64,000 nt of DNA from Chloroflexota bacterium (GCA_019873645.1 JAIOAX010000010.1:19728-83727), one strand, 5' to 3'; shown: positions 38,362 through 48,617, numbered from the stretch's first letter. Translations and numbers: made by a program. The notes: generated by a model from the letters alone, not told the origin.

Positions 38362-38483
38362 CTCAACCTCTGCATTTCATTATAGCACAACTCATATAGG
38401 ACAACAAACCGCTTCTTGCAATTAAACAAAAGAGCTTTCATATTTTCAGCCTTTTGTTATAATCCAGAGTATCTATTTCACCG

Positions 38484-38570
38484 CTTCGCTGATTCTTTAA
38501 TTCGCTGATTCTTTAATTCGCTGATTCTTTAATTCGCTGATTCTTTGCTTCGCTGATTCTTTGATTCTTT
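38484..38570. repeat. Tandem 16-bp repeat (TTCGCTGATTCTTTAA)
   Basis: About five imperfect copies upstream of the MBL-fold gene; same family as 26867-26943 and 40335-40408. Confidence 0.8.
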
Positions 38571-38588
38571 ACTCTTACGGAGCCTTTT

Positions 38589-39245
38589 ATGGAACTCACC
38601 TGGTATGGTTTGGGCTGTTTTCGCATTATCGAACGCGGGTACCCGGCTGTGGTGATGGATCCCTTCAACGAAGAGGAAACCGGCCTGGTTTTGCCGCGTA
38701 GTCGTTCCGAGATCGTCACATCGAGTGTGCTGCTGGACGAACCGCAGCAGGCGCGCTGGAAGGGGTTGCGCGGCGTCTCACGCACCCTGGCCGGGCCCGG
38801 CGAATATGAGATCGGCGGGGTCTTCATCACCGGCGTCGCCACCTTCCGTGACCGTAAACACGGCGCAGAAGCAGGGCAGAATATCGCGTATGCGGTGAAT
38901 GTGAACGGCGTGGTGGTCTGTCACCTCGGCGAGATTGGCCATACGCCCTCGCAGGCGCAAGTGGAAGCCTTGGGATCGGTCAATGTGCTCTTGATCCCTG
39001 TGGGTGTGCCGGGGGGCCTGACGCCCGCAATGGCCTCTGAGATCGTGAGCCTCATCGAACCGGACATTGTTGTGCCGATGAACTATCACACTCCCGGATT
39101 GCGTCTTAAACGCAATCCGGTGGATCGCTTCTTGAAAGAAATGGGGGTGACCTGGGGCGACGCACAGCCAAGCCTGAAGGTCCTCTCGGCCGGCGTCGAA
39201 GCCGAAGAGACCCAGGTCGTGTTGTTGCAACCCCAACAAGGATAA
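38589..39245 (+). CDS. MBL-fold protein (Lactamase_B_3-like) lacking metal ligands
   Basis: MELTWYGLGCF, DPF, GPGEYEIGGV, HLGE, L.PVG and VPMNY motifs. The HxHxDH position reads SVLLDE. Confidence 0.8.
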   Translation: MELTWYGLGCFRIIERGYPAVVMDPFNEEETGLVLPRSRSEIVTSSVLLDEPQQARWKGLRGVSRTLAGPGEYEIGGVFITGVATFRDRKHGAEAGQNIAYAVNVNGVVVCHLGEIGHTPSQAQVEALGSVNVLLIPVGVPGGLTPAMASEIVSLIEPDIVVPMNYHTPGLRLKRNPVDRFLKEMGVTWGDAQPSLKVLSAGVEAEETQVVLLQPQQG

Positions 39246-39301
39246 AATGTCAACGGATTTCCTAACGTTCAGACGTTCCAACGCTTTTCAAGGGGGTAAG
39301 T

Positions 39302-40090
39302 ATGGAGAAACAAGGACGGTTGTTGATTGTCGGCGTGATCGCAGTCGTGGTCATTGTCGGCTTTTTCCTGGCGCTGCGCTGGCCTTTCTCGTCGGCGAAG
39401 AAAGCGGCCGAGGTGAACATGGACGCCGTCAAGGCACAGATGGATGCCGGTGAGTATGCGGCGGCGCGCGATGCTTTGCAACAGGCTGTGGCGGCGAACC
39501 CGACCAATGCTGAGGCGCATTTCTTGTTAGGATTGGCATACTTCAATCTGGAAGATTACCCTAAAGCGCGTGAATCTTTTATGAAAGCCCTGGAATTAGA
39601 ACCCGCGCGCGCGGCGGCCGTCCATCACAATCTGGGCGCACTGGCCTATCAAACCGGCGATATGGAGACGGCCGTTAAAGAATTTAAGGCTGCGTTGGAA
39701 GCCGACCCGGATGATCCCGACAGCCACTATCAACTGGGGGCGACCTACCTGCAAATCGCCAGTGCGACGGCAGACATGACGTATCTGACACAAGCCGAGG
39801 CCGAATTTCAGAAGGTGCTGGCGCTCTCGCCCGGAAAACCCGAAGCCCTGGTGGGACTGGGAACCCTTTACATGAACCAGAACAAGGTCTCTGAGGCCGT
39901 GACCGTGTTGAAACAGGCACTGGAGGCCAATCCCCAGATGCGCGAGGCATTGTTTGCGCTGGGCCTGGCCTATTACGCCCAAGGCGAAACGGCGTTGGCG
40001 AAAGAAACTCTCCAAAAATTCCTGGATACACAGCCCCCGGAGCGTTGGGCCAAAGAGGCGCAGGACATCCTGACGCAGTTAGGGCAATGA
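39302..40090 (+). CDS. Membrane-anchored tetratricopeptide repeat protein
   Basis: N-terminal TM segment and ~6 TPR motifs (AHFLLGLAY, VHHNLGALAY, SHYQLGATY...). Confidence 0.88.
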   Translation: MEKQGRLLIVGVIAVVVIVGFFLALRWPFSSAKKAAEVNMDAVKAQMDAGEYAAARDALQQAVAANPTNAEAHFLLGLAYFNLEDYPKARESFMKALELEPARAAAVHHNLGALAYQTGDMETAVKEFKAALEADPDDPDSHYQLGATYLQIASATADMTYLTQAEAEFQKVLALSPGKPEALVGLGTLYMNQNKVSEAVTVLKQALEANPQMREALFALGLAYYAQGETALAKETLQKFLDTQPPERWAKEAQDILTQLGQ

Positions 40091-40127
40091 TCGGACCGGC
40101 TTTGTTGATTTTGGGGGCATTTCAACG

Positions 40128-40206
40128 TGGGGATCTCGCTGTGGGATCTTGCTGTGACCGGTCTCTGAGCGCGCCACAGCAGGGCTAAACGGGCGCGGTC
40201 AAGAGA
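40128..40206. repeat. REP-like element, family R, copy 3
   Basis: GCTGTGACCGGTCTCTGAGCGCGCCACAGC...GGCGCGGTCAAGAG. Confidence 0.55.
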
Positions 40207-40334
40207 GCAATCCCCAATTATTTGTCCTATACCTCGTTGGAATGGTCATTTAGCCAGGGTGGTCATTTAGCTTTTTTGATGGTATACTACATATATGATG
40301 GAGCCATGTTTATCGTCATAACATATTCCTCTCG

Positions 40335-40408
40335 CCATTCGCCGATTCTTTGATTCGCCGATTCGCCGATTCTTAGATTCGCTGATTCTTAGATTCGCTG
40401 ATTCTTTG
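40335..40408. repeat. Octamer tandem repeat (ATTCGCCG/ATTCTTAG)
   Basis: ATTCGCCGATTCTTTGATTCGCCGATTCGCCGATTCTTAG... Confidence 0.75.
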
Positions 40409-40429
40409 ATATTCACAGAGGAGGTTATC

Positions 40430-43400
40430 ATGGTAGGAAAAGTCCAATTGTCCCCTGTTGTGCTCCACAAGCGTTTGTGGTATGGTTTCGGCGCGGCCTG
40501 TATTGGCCTGGTTGCGCTGTTACTCTTGTTGTCTTTCAGCAAAAATGCTGGATTGGCGGCGCCGCTTGCACCGACGGCCATCACCATCACTAAAAGCAGC
40601 ACCACTTCGATTATCGGGACCAACAACACGGCTTCACAGGCCGTGGCCGGCGAGCTGGTCACGGTGACGGTGGTGTATACCATCTCTGCCGGTGAATCGC
40701 TTTACAACGTCTCACCGCGCGTCCTGTTGCAAGATGGCTTGATGCCCTACGCCTCTGATCCTGCCTGGATCACGATGACGACCGGGACGATGGCAAATTT
40801 GCGCATCATTGAGCCGCAAGCGGCGCGCAACGGCGCGATTGTGGTCTTCCCCTACCAGGGCGACATCACCGGACCCCGGGTGCTTACGATGACCGTGTAC
40901 GCCCGCCGTCCGCAATACTTATATGTGACCTCTGGTGAAATCGGACACAATACAAACCTGCGTGTCCAGGCCGTGTTGCGCTGGTGTGTGGATGCGGCTT
41001 GCAGTAGCCAGAGTTTCTCTAATGAAGATACGACGGCTGCTCAAATTACGGCCATTCGTCCGGCTCTGGCGACGACAATCACACCCGTATACCTGGATGC
41101 GGACGGCATCGGTGTGGGCGGCGGACAGGCGCGTTTCACCTTCAACACCACCAACACTGCCGGACGTCCTACCACCTATGATGTGGTTTTCACGGCGACG
41201 CTCGGTTCAGGGTTGACCTATGTGGCTTCCAGCGGCGATAACGACGCCGGTCCGGGGACAGTCAGTGTCGTGGGGGGAGTCACCTACATTGTCTGGAATG
41301 TGCCTGTGGGGCTGGCAGGCGGTGCGAGCTGGCGCGCCATAGTAACGGCGACGCTCCCCACAACCTTCACGGTCGGTCAGGGATTTACCGCCGGTTACGC
41401 CGGGCTGTATGAGACCTTTGCGGGACCAATGCTTGATGAAGGTAAGTATACCCTGGCTGCGACTCAGCAAACGTTATATCCCCCCGCCCTTACCGTTGTC
41501 AAAACCTCGGTTCCCGGCGGCGGCGCGGTAACGATGGGCGACCGGGTGACCTACACGGTGGTTTTCAAACAGGGAGCCAATACGCTGTTGCGGGCGCCGC
41601 AAATCGTGGACACCCAGCCGCTGGGTTTCCACTACATCTCCGGTACGCTCGAGGTGCAAAATGCCACCGTGACCTCGGTAGGCACCTCCCAGGGTACCAC
41701 CGAAGGGACTGGGGCTGCCTTACGCCACTACGAGAATTTGACCTGGACGATGAGCGACCTGCCGCCGGTATCCACAACCCGCGTGGTCACGGCGACCTAT
41801 GTGGCGTTGAATACGGGTCTGGACTATAACAACTTACCGGTATATACCCTGGCGGCCGATCTGAAAGCCTCCAAGCCGACCATCAGCGGCACTAAGACCG
41901 GGGCCGTGCTCTCCTGGACGCCGCCGGCCGGTTCGACGTACAGCAGTGCTACGCGCGCCAACGCCGGCGCCCTGGGCGTGATTCAGCCGTTTATGGGCGA
42001 TAATTTCAGTACGGTGCGCACGGATGCTGGCGCACGGGAAGTGGGCCAGGACCTCCAGTTTTCGACGCGCTTCCGCAACAACGGGTATAGCGCCGCCGGC
42101 ATTCCGGCGATCCCGGCGTATGAGTTGCAGATTTGCGACACGTTGCCTGCGGGGCTTGTCTTCCAGACCGATAACGGCTGTTTCCTCACCGGGACTTCAA
42201 ATACCTGCTCATTCTCCTACACACCACCGTCGGTTGGCGCCACGGGCGCAATTTGTTGGTCGGTGCCGGCGTTGGAAAAACGCGCCGACACGAACACCTA
42301 CGAATTCCGTTACGCAGTGCGGGTGACAGATGCAGCTTATCCCGGCGTGTACGGCAACCTGGCGTTCGTCAAAACCTATAGCAGCAAAGCCGGAACGGTG
42401 GAGGGCGAGCGTGTCTATGCGGATATCCCGACGGCGCTGGCCTCGGCGACTTGTGGTGCGAACTGCTATACCATCCTGGGGCTGAACGCCTCAAAGACAA
42501 CCGCCCGGAGTCGTGTGGCGCCGGGCGATCTGATCACCTACGTTTTGGCGTATACTGATACCAGCGCCGCCAATCTTTATACCGGTTTGGTGGTTGTGGA
42601 TACTTATGATTCGCTGCTCACGTTTGTCTCTGCGAACCCGGCGCCGAGCAATCACAATGTCGGCGCGCGGCAACTGACGTGGAATCTGGGAGCTTTGCCG
42701 GATAATACCAGCGACCGAATCACGTTGGTAATGCGGGTAGCCGCAACGGTCGCCGGACGCTATATGATAACCAACACGATGATGCTGGACAGCGACCAGA
42801 CCGCGCCGCGCACCTGGATCAAAACGACCCCGATTGAAGTCGCTACTTTGCATCTCAGCATGAGCGGCCCGGCGCGCACGCACGCGGGCGAGGACATTGT
42901 CTATACGGTAGTTTACTCCAACACCGGTTCCTGGAACAACGCGCCGGTTACGTTGACGTTGACCTATGGCAACTACGTCACTTTTGTCAGCGCCTCAAGG
43001 ACGCCGGTGGATGCAGAAAAGCGGGTATTTGTGGACAATGTCCCGAACGACGGCAGCAACCGCACCTTGACGGTAAACCTGCGGGTGCAGGCGCCGTTGC
43101 CGTACACGCTGGCCGGCCCGCTGATGGCTTCGGCCCTGCTTGAGAGTCCCGGCGCAGCCACGCAGTCGGCCAATATCTCTATGCTCCTGGATCGGCCCAT
43201 CCTCACACTGGAGAAAATCGGGCCGGCGGTAGCGCCTGGTCAAGGAAACATCATACCTTACGAAATCCGCATTCGCAACTCCGGCACCTACACTGCGACT
43301 TCGGCGGTCATCACCGATACCTGGAGCGCCCATTTGACGTATAACGCCACGGCAAACTCGGCTTTCGGATGGACGTTGTCGGGAAGCGGGACCTATGCCA

Positions 43401-46042
43401 CGCAGGCACTGCCGCCATTGGCGCCTGGCGCGGTGGTGAGCCGCTCATTCTATGCCAATGTCGGGGCCATGGCCACATACTACACCAATACGGTGGATTT
43501 GACCACGTATCAAACCACGCGCCAGACGGATACCGAATGGACGTGGCAGGTGACGATTGCGTCGTCCAAGTCGGCGATGCCGGTGCCGGCGTTCCCCGGT
43601 CGCGTGTTGACATATACGATCTATTATACCAACACCGGCGGCGCGATGCTTAATGCCCTGATCACCGATACCTTGCCTGCGGCTTTCACCTATCAGGGAC
43701 AATCAACGGAGCATGCCGGCGGATGTCAGGATCCCTGGACGTTCACCCCGCCGTCCGCTGGCAATCAAGTCGTCTGGTCATGTAATGCTCTACAGGCTGC
43801 TGCGAGTGGGTATTTCCAAATCTGGGGAGTGGTAGATGTCAACGCCGAAGGTACAAACCTGGAGAACCGGACGACGACCTCGGCCGACAATACCCCGGTG
43901 CGTCCCATTGAGAAACCGTTACTGACGCGCGTGGCGCGTCCGTGGCTGCGGGTAGACAAGACGGCCGCGCCGACCCATCCGGTGGCGCCGGGGGATCGGG
44001 TCACCTACACGTTGACCTATGAGAACTACGGCACAGACACAGCCTACGGCGTAATCATCAAGGATCAACTGCCCCCGCAAATGGATTTTATAAGCTGCTC
44101 CGGTGCGGATAGTTGCGCCGAGTCAGGCGGTGTCGTGACCTGGAACCTCGCGGAGTTGCCGGTCAGCACGATAGGCACGGTGCAGTTTGTGGCGCAAGTC
44201 AAGGCCGGCACGGCGGGACAGACGGCAATCAATGAGGACTACACGATTGAATGTAGCCTGTTGTCCATTGCCGAAACCCAAACAGGGGATGCCGTCTCTA
44301 CGGTCATTCTCGAACCGCATGTGAGCGTGACCAAGACGGCGACGCCAACTCTGGTAACTGTGCCGAACGCGCCGATTACTTACACCATTGCGTATGTTAA
44401 TGATGGCGGCGGAACATTGACCAATGTGGTGCTCACCGACGAATTGGCGATCAAAACCCAATTCTCTTCAGCGTCACCGGGATGCCAGGGGCCAGAAAGC
44501 GGCGTCGGCGGCGTGGTCAACTGTGCCCTGGGTACCCTGGCGCAAGGGCAGTCCGGTGAGGTGCAGATCGTTGTCCTGGCTGCTACGGAAGGCTTGATCA
44601 CAAACACGGCCGTCATTGACAGCGATCAGACGTCGCCGCTGGAAACAACCCCACCAACCCAGGTTTACTTTTCAACCGGTGGTTGTATTCCGCCCTACAA
44701 TGTGGATTTCACGGTTTCTCCGAATCCTCTGGCCGGTAAAGTTATCACATTTACCGGCGTGGCTCTGGGTGATACACCGTTGTCTTACGAGTGGACCTTT
44801 GGCGATAGTTCTACCGGCAGTGGTCAAATCGTGCAACACACATACGCAGTATCCAATACTTACACTGTCAGGTTGACCGTCTGGAATACATGTAACCCCG
44901 CCGGCGTCAATGTGCAAAAGTCGGTCTTTGTACCGGGCGCGGCGGAGATTACGTGGACGCCAACGAGCTTCGCCAAGTCGGCAGAGGCCGGTTCGACGAC
45001 AAGCCTCACGGACACCTTGAGGGTCGGGAATGTGGGGGCTAAGGCATTGCTTTGGAGCGTGGAAGTCTCGCCGACGACGGCGACGTGGCTGAAGGTGTCC
45101 ACAGGCGGCGGGATGCCGTCTGGCTCGCTGACCGGCCTGAGCACTGCGCCGGACGCGCAGACGCTTGTGACCGTGCACTTCGATCCGACCGGCCTGGCAG
45201 TGGGCACCTACAACGCAGTGCTGCACATCGTAAGCAACGATCCAGACGCCAGTGACGCGGTCGTGGATATCCCGGTCACATTCACGATCACCGGCGCACC
45301 GGTGCTGGCGTGGACGCCGACGAGCTTCTCGAAGTCCGCGGAAGCTGGTTCAACGACGAGCCTCACAGATACCTTGAAGGTGAACAATAACGGCAACGTG
45401 GTCTTGCAGTGGAGTGTGGAAGTCTCGCCGACGACGGCGACGTGGCTGAAGGTGTCCACAGGCGGCGGGACGCCGTCTGGCTCACTGACCGGCCTGAGCA
45501 CTGCGCCGGACGCGCAGACGCTTGTGACCGTACACTTCGATCCGACCGGCCTGGCAGTGGGCACCTACAACGCAGTGTTGCACATCACGAGCGATGACCC
45601 GGCCCATGCCGTCGTGGATATCCCGGTCACATTCACGATCACCGGCGCACCGGTGCTGGCATGGATGCCGGAGAGCTTCTCGAACTCCGCCGAAGTCGGT
45701 TCGACGACGAGCCTCACAGATACCTTGAAGGTGAACAATAACGGCAACGTGGTCTTGCTTTGGAGCGTGGAAGTCTCGCCGACGACGGCGACGTGGCTGA
45801 AGGTGTCCACAGGCGGCGGGACGCCGTCTGGCTCACTGACCGGCCTGAGCACTGCGCCGGGCGCGCAGACGCTTGTGACCGTACACTTCGATCCGACCGG
45901 CCTGGCAGTGGGCACCTACAACGCAGTGTTGCATATCACGAGCGATGACCTGGCCCATGCCGTCGTGAATATCCCGGCTACGTTTACGGTTGTGCGGACC
46001 AAATACTTCATCTTCTTGCCTCTAGTGCTCAGAAACCAATGA
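40430..46042 (+). CDS. Large cell-surface protein: multiple DUF11-like Ig domains, a PKD domain, three Ig/BACON-like repeats and a C-terminal FLPLVLR tail
   Basis: Hydrophobic N-terminal signal; repeated K....PGD.VTYT...N.G...I.D.LP motifs; YEWTFGD...HTY (PKD); ends KYFIFLPLVLRNQ. Confidence 0.88.
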   Translation: MVGKVQLSPVVLHKRLWYGFGAACIGLVALLLLLSFSKNAGLAAPLAPTAITITKSSTTSIIGTNNTASQAVAGELVTVTVVYTISAGESLYNVSPRVLLQDGLMPYASDPAWITMTTGTMANLRIIEPQAARNGAIVVFPYQGDITGPRVLTMTVYARRPQYLYVTSGEIGHNTNLRVQAVLRWCVDAACSSQSFSNEDTTAAQITAIRPALATTITPVYLDADGIGVGGGQARFTFNTTNTAGRPTTYDVVFTATLGSGLTYVASSGDNDAGPGTVSVVGGVTYIVWNVPVGLAGGASWRAIVTATLPTTFTVGQGFTAGYAGLYETFAGPMLDEGKYTLAATQQTLYPPALTVVKTSVPGGGAVTMGDRVTYTVVFKQGANTLLRAPQIVDTQPLGFHYISGTLEVQNATVTSVGTSQGTTEGTGAALRHYENLTWTMSDLPPVSTTRVVTATYVALNTGLDYNNLPVYTLAADLKASKPTISGTKTGAVLSWTPPAGSTYSSATRANAGALGVIQPFMGDNFSTVRTDAGAREVGQDLQFSTRFRNNGYSAAGIPAIPAYELQICDTLPAGLVFQTDNGCFLTGTSNTCSFSYTPPSVGATGAICWSVPALEKRADTNTYEFRYAVRVTDAAYPGVYGNLAFVKTYSSKAGTVEGERVYADIPTALASATCGANCYTILGLNASKTTARSRVAPGDLITYVLAYTDTSAANLYTGLVVVDTYDSLLTFVSANPAPSNHNVGARQLTWNLGALPDNTSDRITLVMRVAATVAGRYMITNTMMLDSDQTAPRTWIKTTPIEVATLHLSMSGPARTHAGEDIVYTVVYSNTGSWNNAPVTLTLTYGNYVTFVSASRTPVDAEKRVFVDNVPNDGSNRTLTVNLRVQAPLPYTLAGPLMASALLESPGAATQSANISMLLDRPILTLEKIGPAVAPGQGNIIPYEIRIRNSGTYTATSAVITDTWSAHLTYNATANSAFGWTLSGSGTYATQALPPLAPGAVVSRSFYANVGAMATYYTNTVDLTTYQTTRQTDTEWTWQVTIASSKSAMPVPAFPGRVLTYTIYYTNTGGAMLNALITDTLPAAFTYQGQSTEHAGGCQDPWTFTPPSAGNQVVWSCNALQAAASGYFQIWGVVDVNAEGTNLENRTTTSADNTPVRPIEKPLLTRVARPWLRVDKTAAPTHPVAPGDRVTYTLTYENYGTDTAYGVIIKDQLPPQMDFISCSGADSCAESGGVVTWNLAELPVSTIGTVQFVAQVKAGTAGQTAINEDYTIECSLLSIAETQTGDAVSTVILEPHVSVTKTATPTLVTVPNAPITYTIAYVNDGGGTLTNVVLTDELAIKTQFSSASPGCQGPESGVGGVVNCALGTLAQGQSGEVQIVVLAATEGLITNTAVIDSDQTSPLETTPPTQVYFSTGGCIPPYNVDFTVSPNPLAGKVITFTGVALGDTPLSYEWTFGDSSTGSGQIVQHTYAVSNTYTVRLTVWNTCNPAGVNVQKSVFVPGAAEITWTPTSFAKSAEAGSTTSLTDTLRVGNVGAKALLWSVEVSPTTATWLKVSTGGGMPSGSLTGLSTAPDAQTLVTVHFDPTGLAVGTYNAVLHIVSNDPDASDAVVDIPVTFTITGAPVLAWTPTSFSKSAEAGSTTSLTDTLKVNNNGNVVLQWSVEVSPTTATWLKVSTGGGTPSGSLTGLSTAPDAQTLVTVHFDPTGLAVGTYNAVLHITSDDPAHAVVDIPVTFTITGAPVLAWMPESFSNSAEVGSTTSLTDTLKVNNNGNVVLLWSVEVSPTTATWLKVSTGGGTPSGSLTGLSTAPGAQTLVTVHFDPTGLAVGTYNAVLHITSDDLAHAVVNIPATFTVVRTKYFIFLPLVLRNQ
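44932..45990 (+). repeat. Three near-identical intragenic repeats (~351-357 bp, ~117-119 aa)
   Basis: Units start near 44932, 45290 and 45641. WSVEVSPTTATWLKVSTGGG...FDPTGLAVGTYNAVLHI is repeated with near-identical DNA. Confidence 0.92.
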
Positions 46043-46086
46043 GCGTAACCTACGGGGGCATGCGTCAGTGAAACGCATGCCCCCAT

Positions 46087-46412
46087 TTCCCAACGAGGAT
46101 ATGCCGATGAATGAGCCGGTTAAGCTGGTGATGACCTGGGACATCAAACAGGGCCAGGAGAAGCAGTACTTCGCGTTCATCCAGGAGTTTGCTATGGTTT
46201 TGCAGCAGGCCGGATTTCAGTTGAGCGATGCCTGGTACACGTTGTACGGCGCATGGCCGCAGATCAGTATGGGCTTTGTGAGCGAGGACCTGCGCTCTGT
46301 CGAAAGTTTCTTAGCCTCAGAGTTGTGGTTGAATACCAAACACCGCCTGTTGGCTTACATCCAGGGGTATCGGCAGAAGGTTGTGCCGGCGCGCGGTGGG
46401 TTTCAGATTTAA
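46087..46412 (+). CDS. Hypothetical protein
   Basis: Compact ORF (KLVMTWDI..GQE..YF.F...DAWYT.YG); start uncertain (46068-46087). Confidence 0.7.
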
Positions 46413-46532
46413 TTGCCGACGGGCGGCTTGAACTCCGCACTCAGCGCGACGAAATACTGGTCTTTGTGCCACACGTATCGGCGACGGAAGCGAAATAGGC
46501 AAGTGCAGCATAGCCTCGGGCTACTCAAATAC

Positions 46533-46563
46533 TACTGCCCCTCAGAATGTTCTGAGGGGCAGT
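46533..46563. terminator. Hairpin downstream of tRNA-Pro
   Basis: ACTGCCCCTCAGAA-TG-TTCTGAGGGGCAGT. Confidence 0.6.
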
Positions 46564-46599
46564 CATATTTATTGGTAGTCTCCAGGGGGAAACAAGCAG

Positions 46600-46673
46600 T
46601 CGGGGCATGCGGATTTGAACCGCAGACCTCACGGACCCGAACCGTGCGCGCTACCAAACTGCGCTATGCCCCG
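46600..46673 (-). tRNA. tRNA-Pro (anticodon CGG)
   Basis: Reverse complement CGGGGCATAGCGCAGTTTGGTAGCGCGCACGGTT-CGG-GTCCGTGAGGTCTGCGGTTCAAATCCGCATGCCCCGA forms a cloverleaf. CCA not encoded; TTGTCA-16-TATAAT promoter upstream. Confidence 0.95.
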
Positions 46674-46735
46674 AGTGCTCGACATTATACCGCACTTTGA
46701 ACTTTTGACAAGCTCCGCCTTCTTGCTTCTTGCCC

Positions 46736-46907
46736 TAGGGCTATCGCATTTGGAAAACTTTGTCCCGTCGTGCTGTCTGTTGTGCCGCTAAAGCGGCGTT
46801 TTTAGGGGGATTTTTGTGGCGGGGCGAAGCCCCGCCACAAAAATCCCCCTTTCCCCGGCCTTTAGGCCGTATTCAGTTGCCGGAAGCGGCCAAATGCGAT
46901 AGCCCTA
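46736..46907. mobile_element. MITE-like element, family C (18-bp perfect terminal inverted repeat, TA ends)
   Basis: TAGGGCTATCGCATTTGG ... CCAAATGCGATAGCCCTA, with internal hairpin GGGGGATTTTTGTGGCGGGGC-GAA-GCCCCGCCACAAAAATCCCCC. Confidence 0.7.
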
Positions 46908-46965
46908 TCTTGCCCTTTTTCCCGATGCTGCTATGATAGCCACATTTGTAGCCGGAGGTGACGAC

Positions 46966-47772
46966 GTGACACTGTGGCAAGCCATACTTTTGGGCATCTT
47001 ACAAGGCGCAACTGAATTCCTGCCGGTGAGCAGCTCGGGGCATCTGGTCATCATCCCCTATCTGCTCCAGTGGCCCGATCCCGGTCTGACGCTGGACGCC
47101 CTTCTGCACCTGGGGACGCTGGTGGCAATTGTGGCCTATTTCTGGAAAGACCTGTGGCATCTGCTACAGGCCGCGCTGTGCAGTCTGCGTCTGCGCACGC
47201 TTGACGATCCCGATGCGCGGCTGGCCTGGGCGCTGGTCATAGCCTCGGTTCCGGGGGCACTCATCGGATTTTTGTTCGAGGAGCAGTTTGAGCAGTTGTT
47301 CGGCATGCCCAAAGCTGCGGCGGGATTTTTGCTGGTGACCGCCGCGCTGTTGCTGCTGGCGGAGTATTTCTCCAGGCGTGAGTTGTCACTGCAAGTGATG
47401 TCCTGGTGGCATGCTGTGTTAATCGGCCTGGCGCAAGCCCTGGCCATTGCGCCAGGCTTGAGTCGTTCTGGCGCAACGATTGCCACTGGGCTTTTCCTGG
47501 GCTATCGGCGTGAAGAGGCGACCCGCTTCAGCTTCCTGCTTGCAGTGCCCATCGTAGCGGGCAGTGGGCTGTACCAATTGTTGAAGGTTTTTCGCGCCGG
47601 CCTGGGAACAATCCAGACGTCGGTCGTCGTTGCCGGTCTCCTTGCCGCAACCATCAGCGGCTATCTGGCGATTGCCGGATTGTTGGTGTTGGTGCGCCGC
47701 CGCAGCCTGTGGGGATTTGCCGTCTACTGCGCCGCGCTGGGCGTCCTGGTGTTGACCGGAGTGCTGGGGTGA
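46966..47772 (+). CDS. uppP: Undecaprenyl-diphosphate phosphatase
   Basis: GILQGATEFLPVSSSGH, HLGT, PGLSRSGATI and FSFLL motifs; GGAGG RBS before GTG. Confidence 0.95.
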   Translation: MTLWQAILLGILQGATEFLPVSSSGHLVIIPYLLQWPDPGLTLDALLHLGTLVAIVAYFWKDLWHLLQAALCSLRLRTLDDPDARLAWALVIASVPGALIGFLFEEQFEQLFGMPKAAAGFLLVTAALLLLAEYFSRRELSLQVMSWWHAVLIGLAQALAIAPGLSRSGATIATGLFLGYRREEATRFSFLLAVPIVAGSGLYQLLKVFRAGLGTIQTSVVVAGLLAATISGYLAIAGLLVLVRRRSLWGFAVYCAALGVLVLTGVLG

Positions 47773-48617
47773 ACCGTTGGTCTGTAGCGTGGCTGATGTT
47801 GCTAGGCCTGGTGACGGGATGCATGGCCCCGGCGGCGCTTGTCCCTACGCCGACGCCGCTGCCCCCACCGGTCACGCCGCAGCTTGTGCAGATCGCCTGC
47901 CCCGAAAATCTGGCCCCGTTGATGATGGCGCTCGCTTCGGCGTATCAGCGTGAAGAACCGGCGGTACAACTTGTGGTGGTGGAACGCGCGGACATCCTGG
48001 CCTATCAGGCGTTGGTCAACGGCGATGTTGAGATCGCGGCGCTGACCTGGATCCCCACATCTCTCTCCGAGCAGACCTGGCGAGTTCCTTTTGCGCGGGA
48101 TGGACTGGCGGTGGTGGTGAACACCCGCAATGGGTTACCGGGTTTGACATTGGATCAGGTACGGCAACTTTTCCGTGGGCGGATCGAGGACTGGGAACCG
48201 TGGGGCGGACTGCCGGGCGCACCCCAGGTCATCAGCCGTGAAGAAGCCTCCGGCGATTTTCTCTTTTTCCAGGCGCAGGTAATGCGCGATGCGCGCGTTG
48301 CCTTGACAGCGTTGCTTGCGCCCACCAGCGCCGCCATGCGCGAGAGCGTCGGCAGCGATGCTCTCGCGGTCGGCTACCTTTCGACGGCATGGCTGGACGG
48401 GAACGTGCGCGCCCTGACGATTGAGGGCATTCCGCCGGCGAACGAGGCCATCGCTGCCGGACTGTATCCCCTCTCCCGCGAGCTGCAATTTGTGACCCTG
48501 GGGGAACCGCAAGGCGCCGCCCGCGATTTCATCCAATGGACGCTCGGCCCACAAGGCCAAAACATCGTCACGGCCCAACGCTTCATCCCCTTGCCGGAGT
48601 CGTCCTTAGTCGAATAG
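47769..48617 (+). CDS. PstS/PBP_like_2 substrate-binding lipoprotein
   Basis: Lipobox LVTGC; ARDGLAVVVN, I..W...GG, SREEASG and G.YPLSR.L motifs. Confidence 0.78.
   Translation: MNRWSVAWLMLLGLVTGCMAPAALVPTPTPLPPPVTPQLVQIACPENLAPLMMALASAYQREEPAVQLVVVERADILAYQALVNGDVEIAALTWIPTSLSEQTWRVPFARDGLAVVVNTRNGLPGLTLDQVRQLFRGRIEDWEPWGGLPGAPQVISREEASGDFLFFQAQVMRDARVALTALLAPTSAAMRESVGSDALAVGYLSTAWLDGNVRALTIEGIPPANEAIAAGLYPLSRELQFVTLGEPQGAARDFIQWTLGPQGQNIVTAQRFIPLPESSLVE

Noticed and set aside
38484-38570. Possible CRISPR or iteron array (also 26867-26943 and 40335-40408)
   Set aside because: Simple 8/16-bp tandem units without spacers, and no rep gene nearby.
46413-46930. Integrated element at tRNA-Pro
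   Set aside because: No integrase and no duplicated tRNA 3' end (att site) were found in the window.
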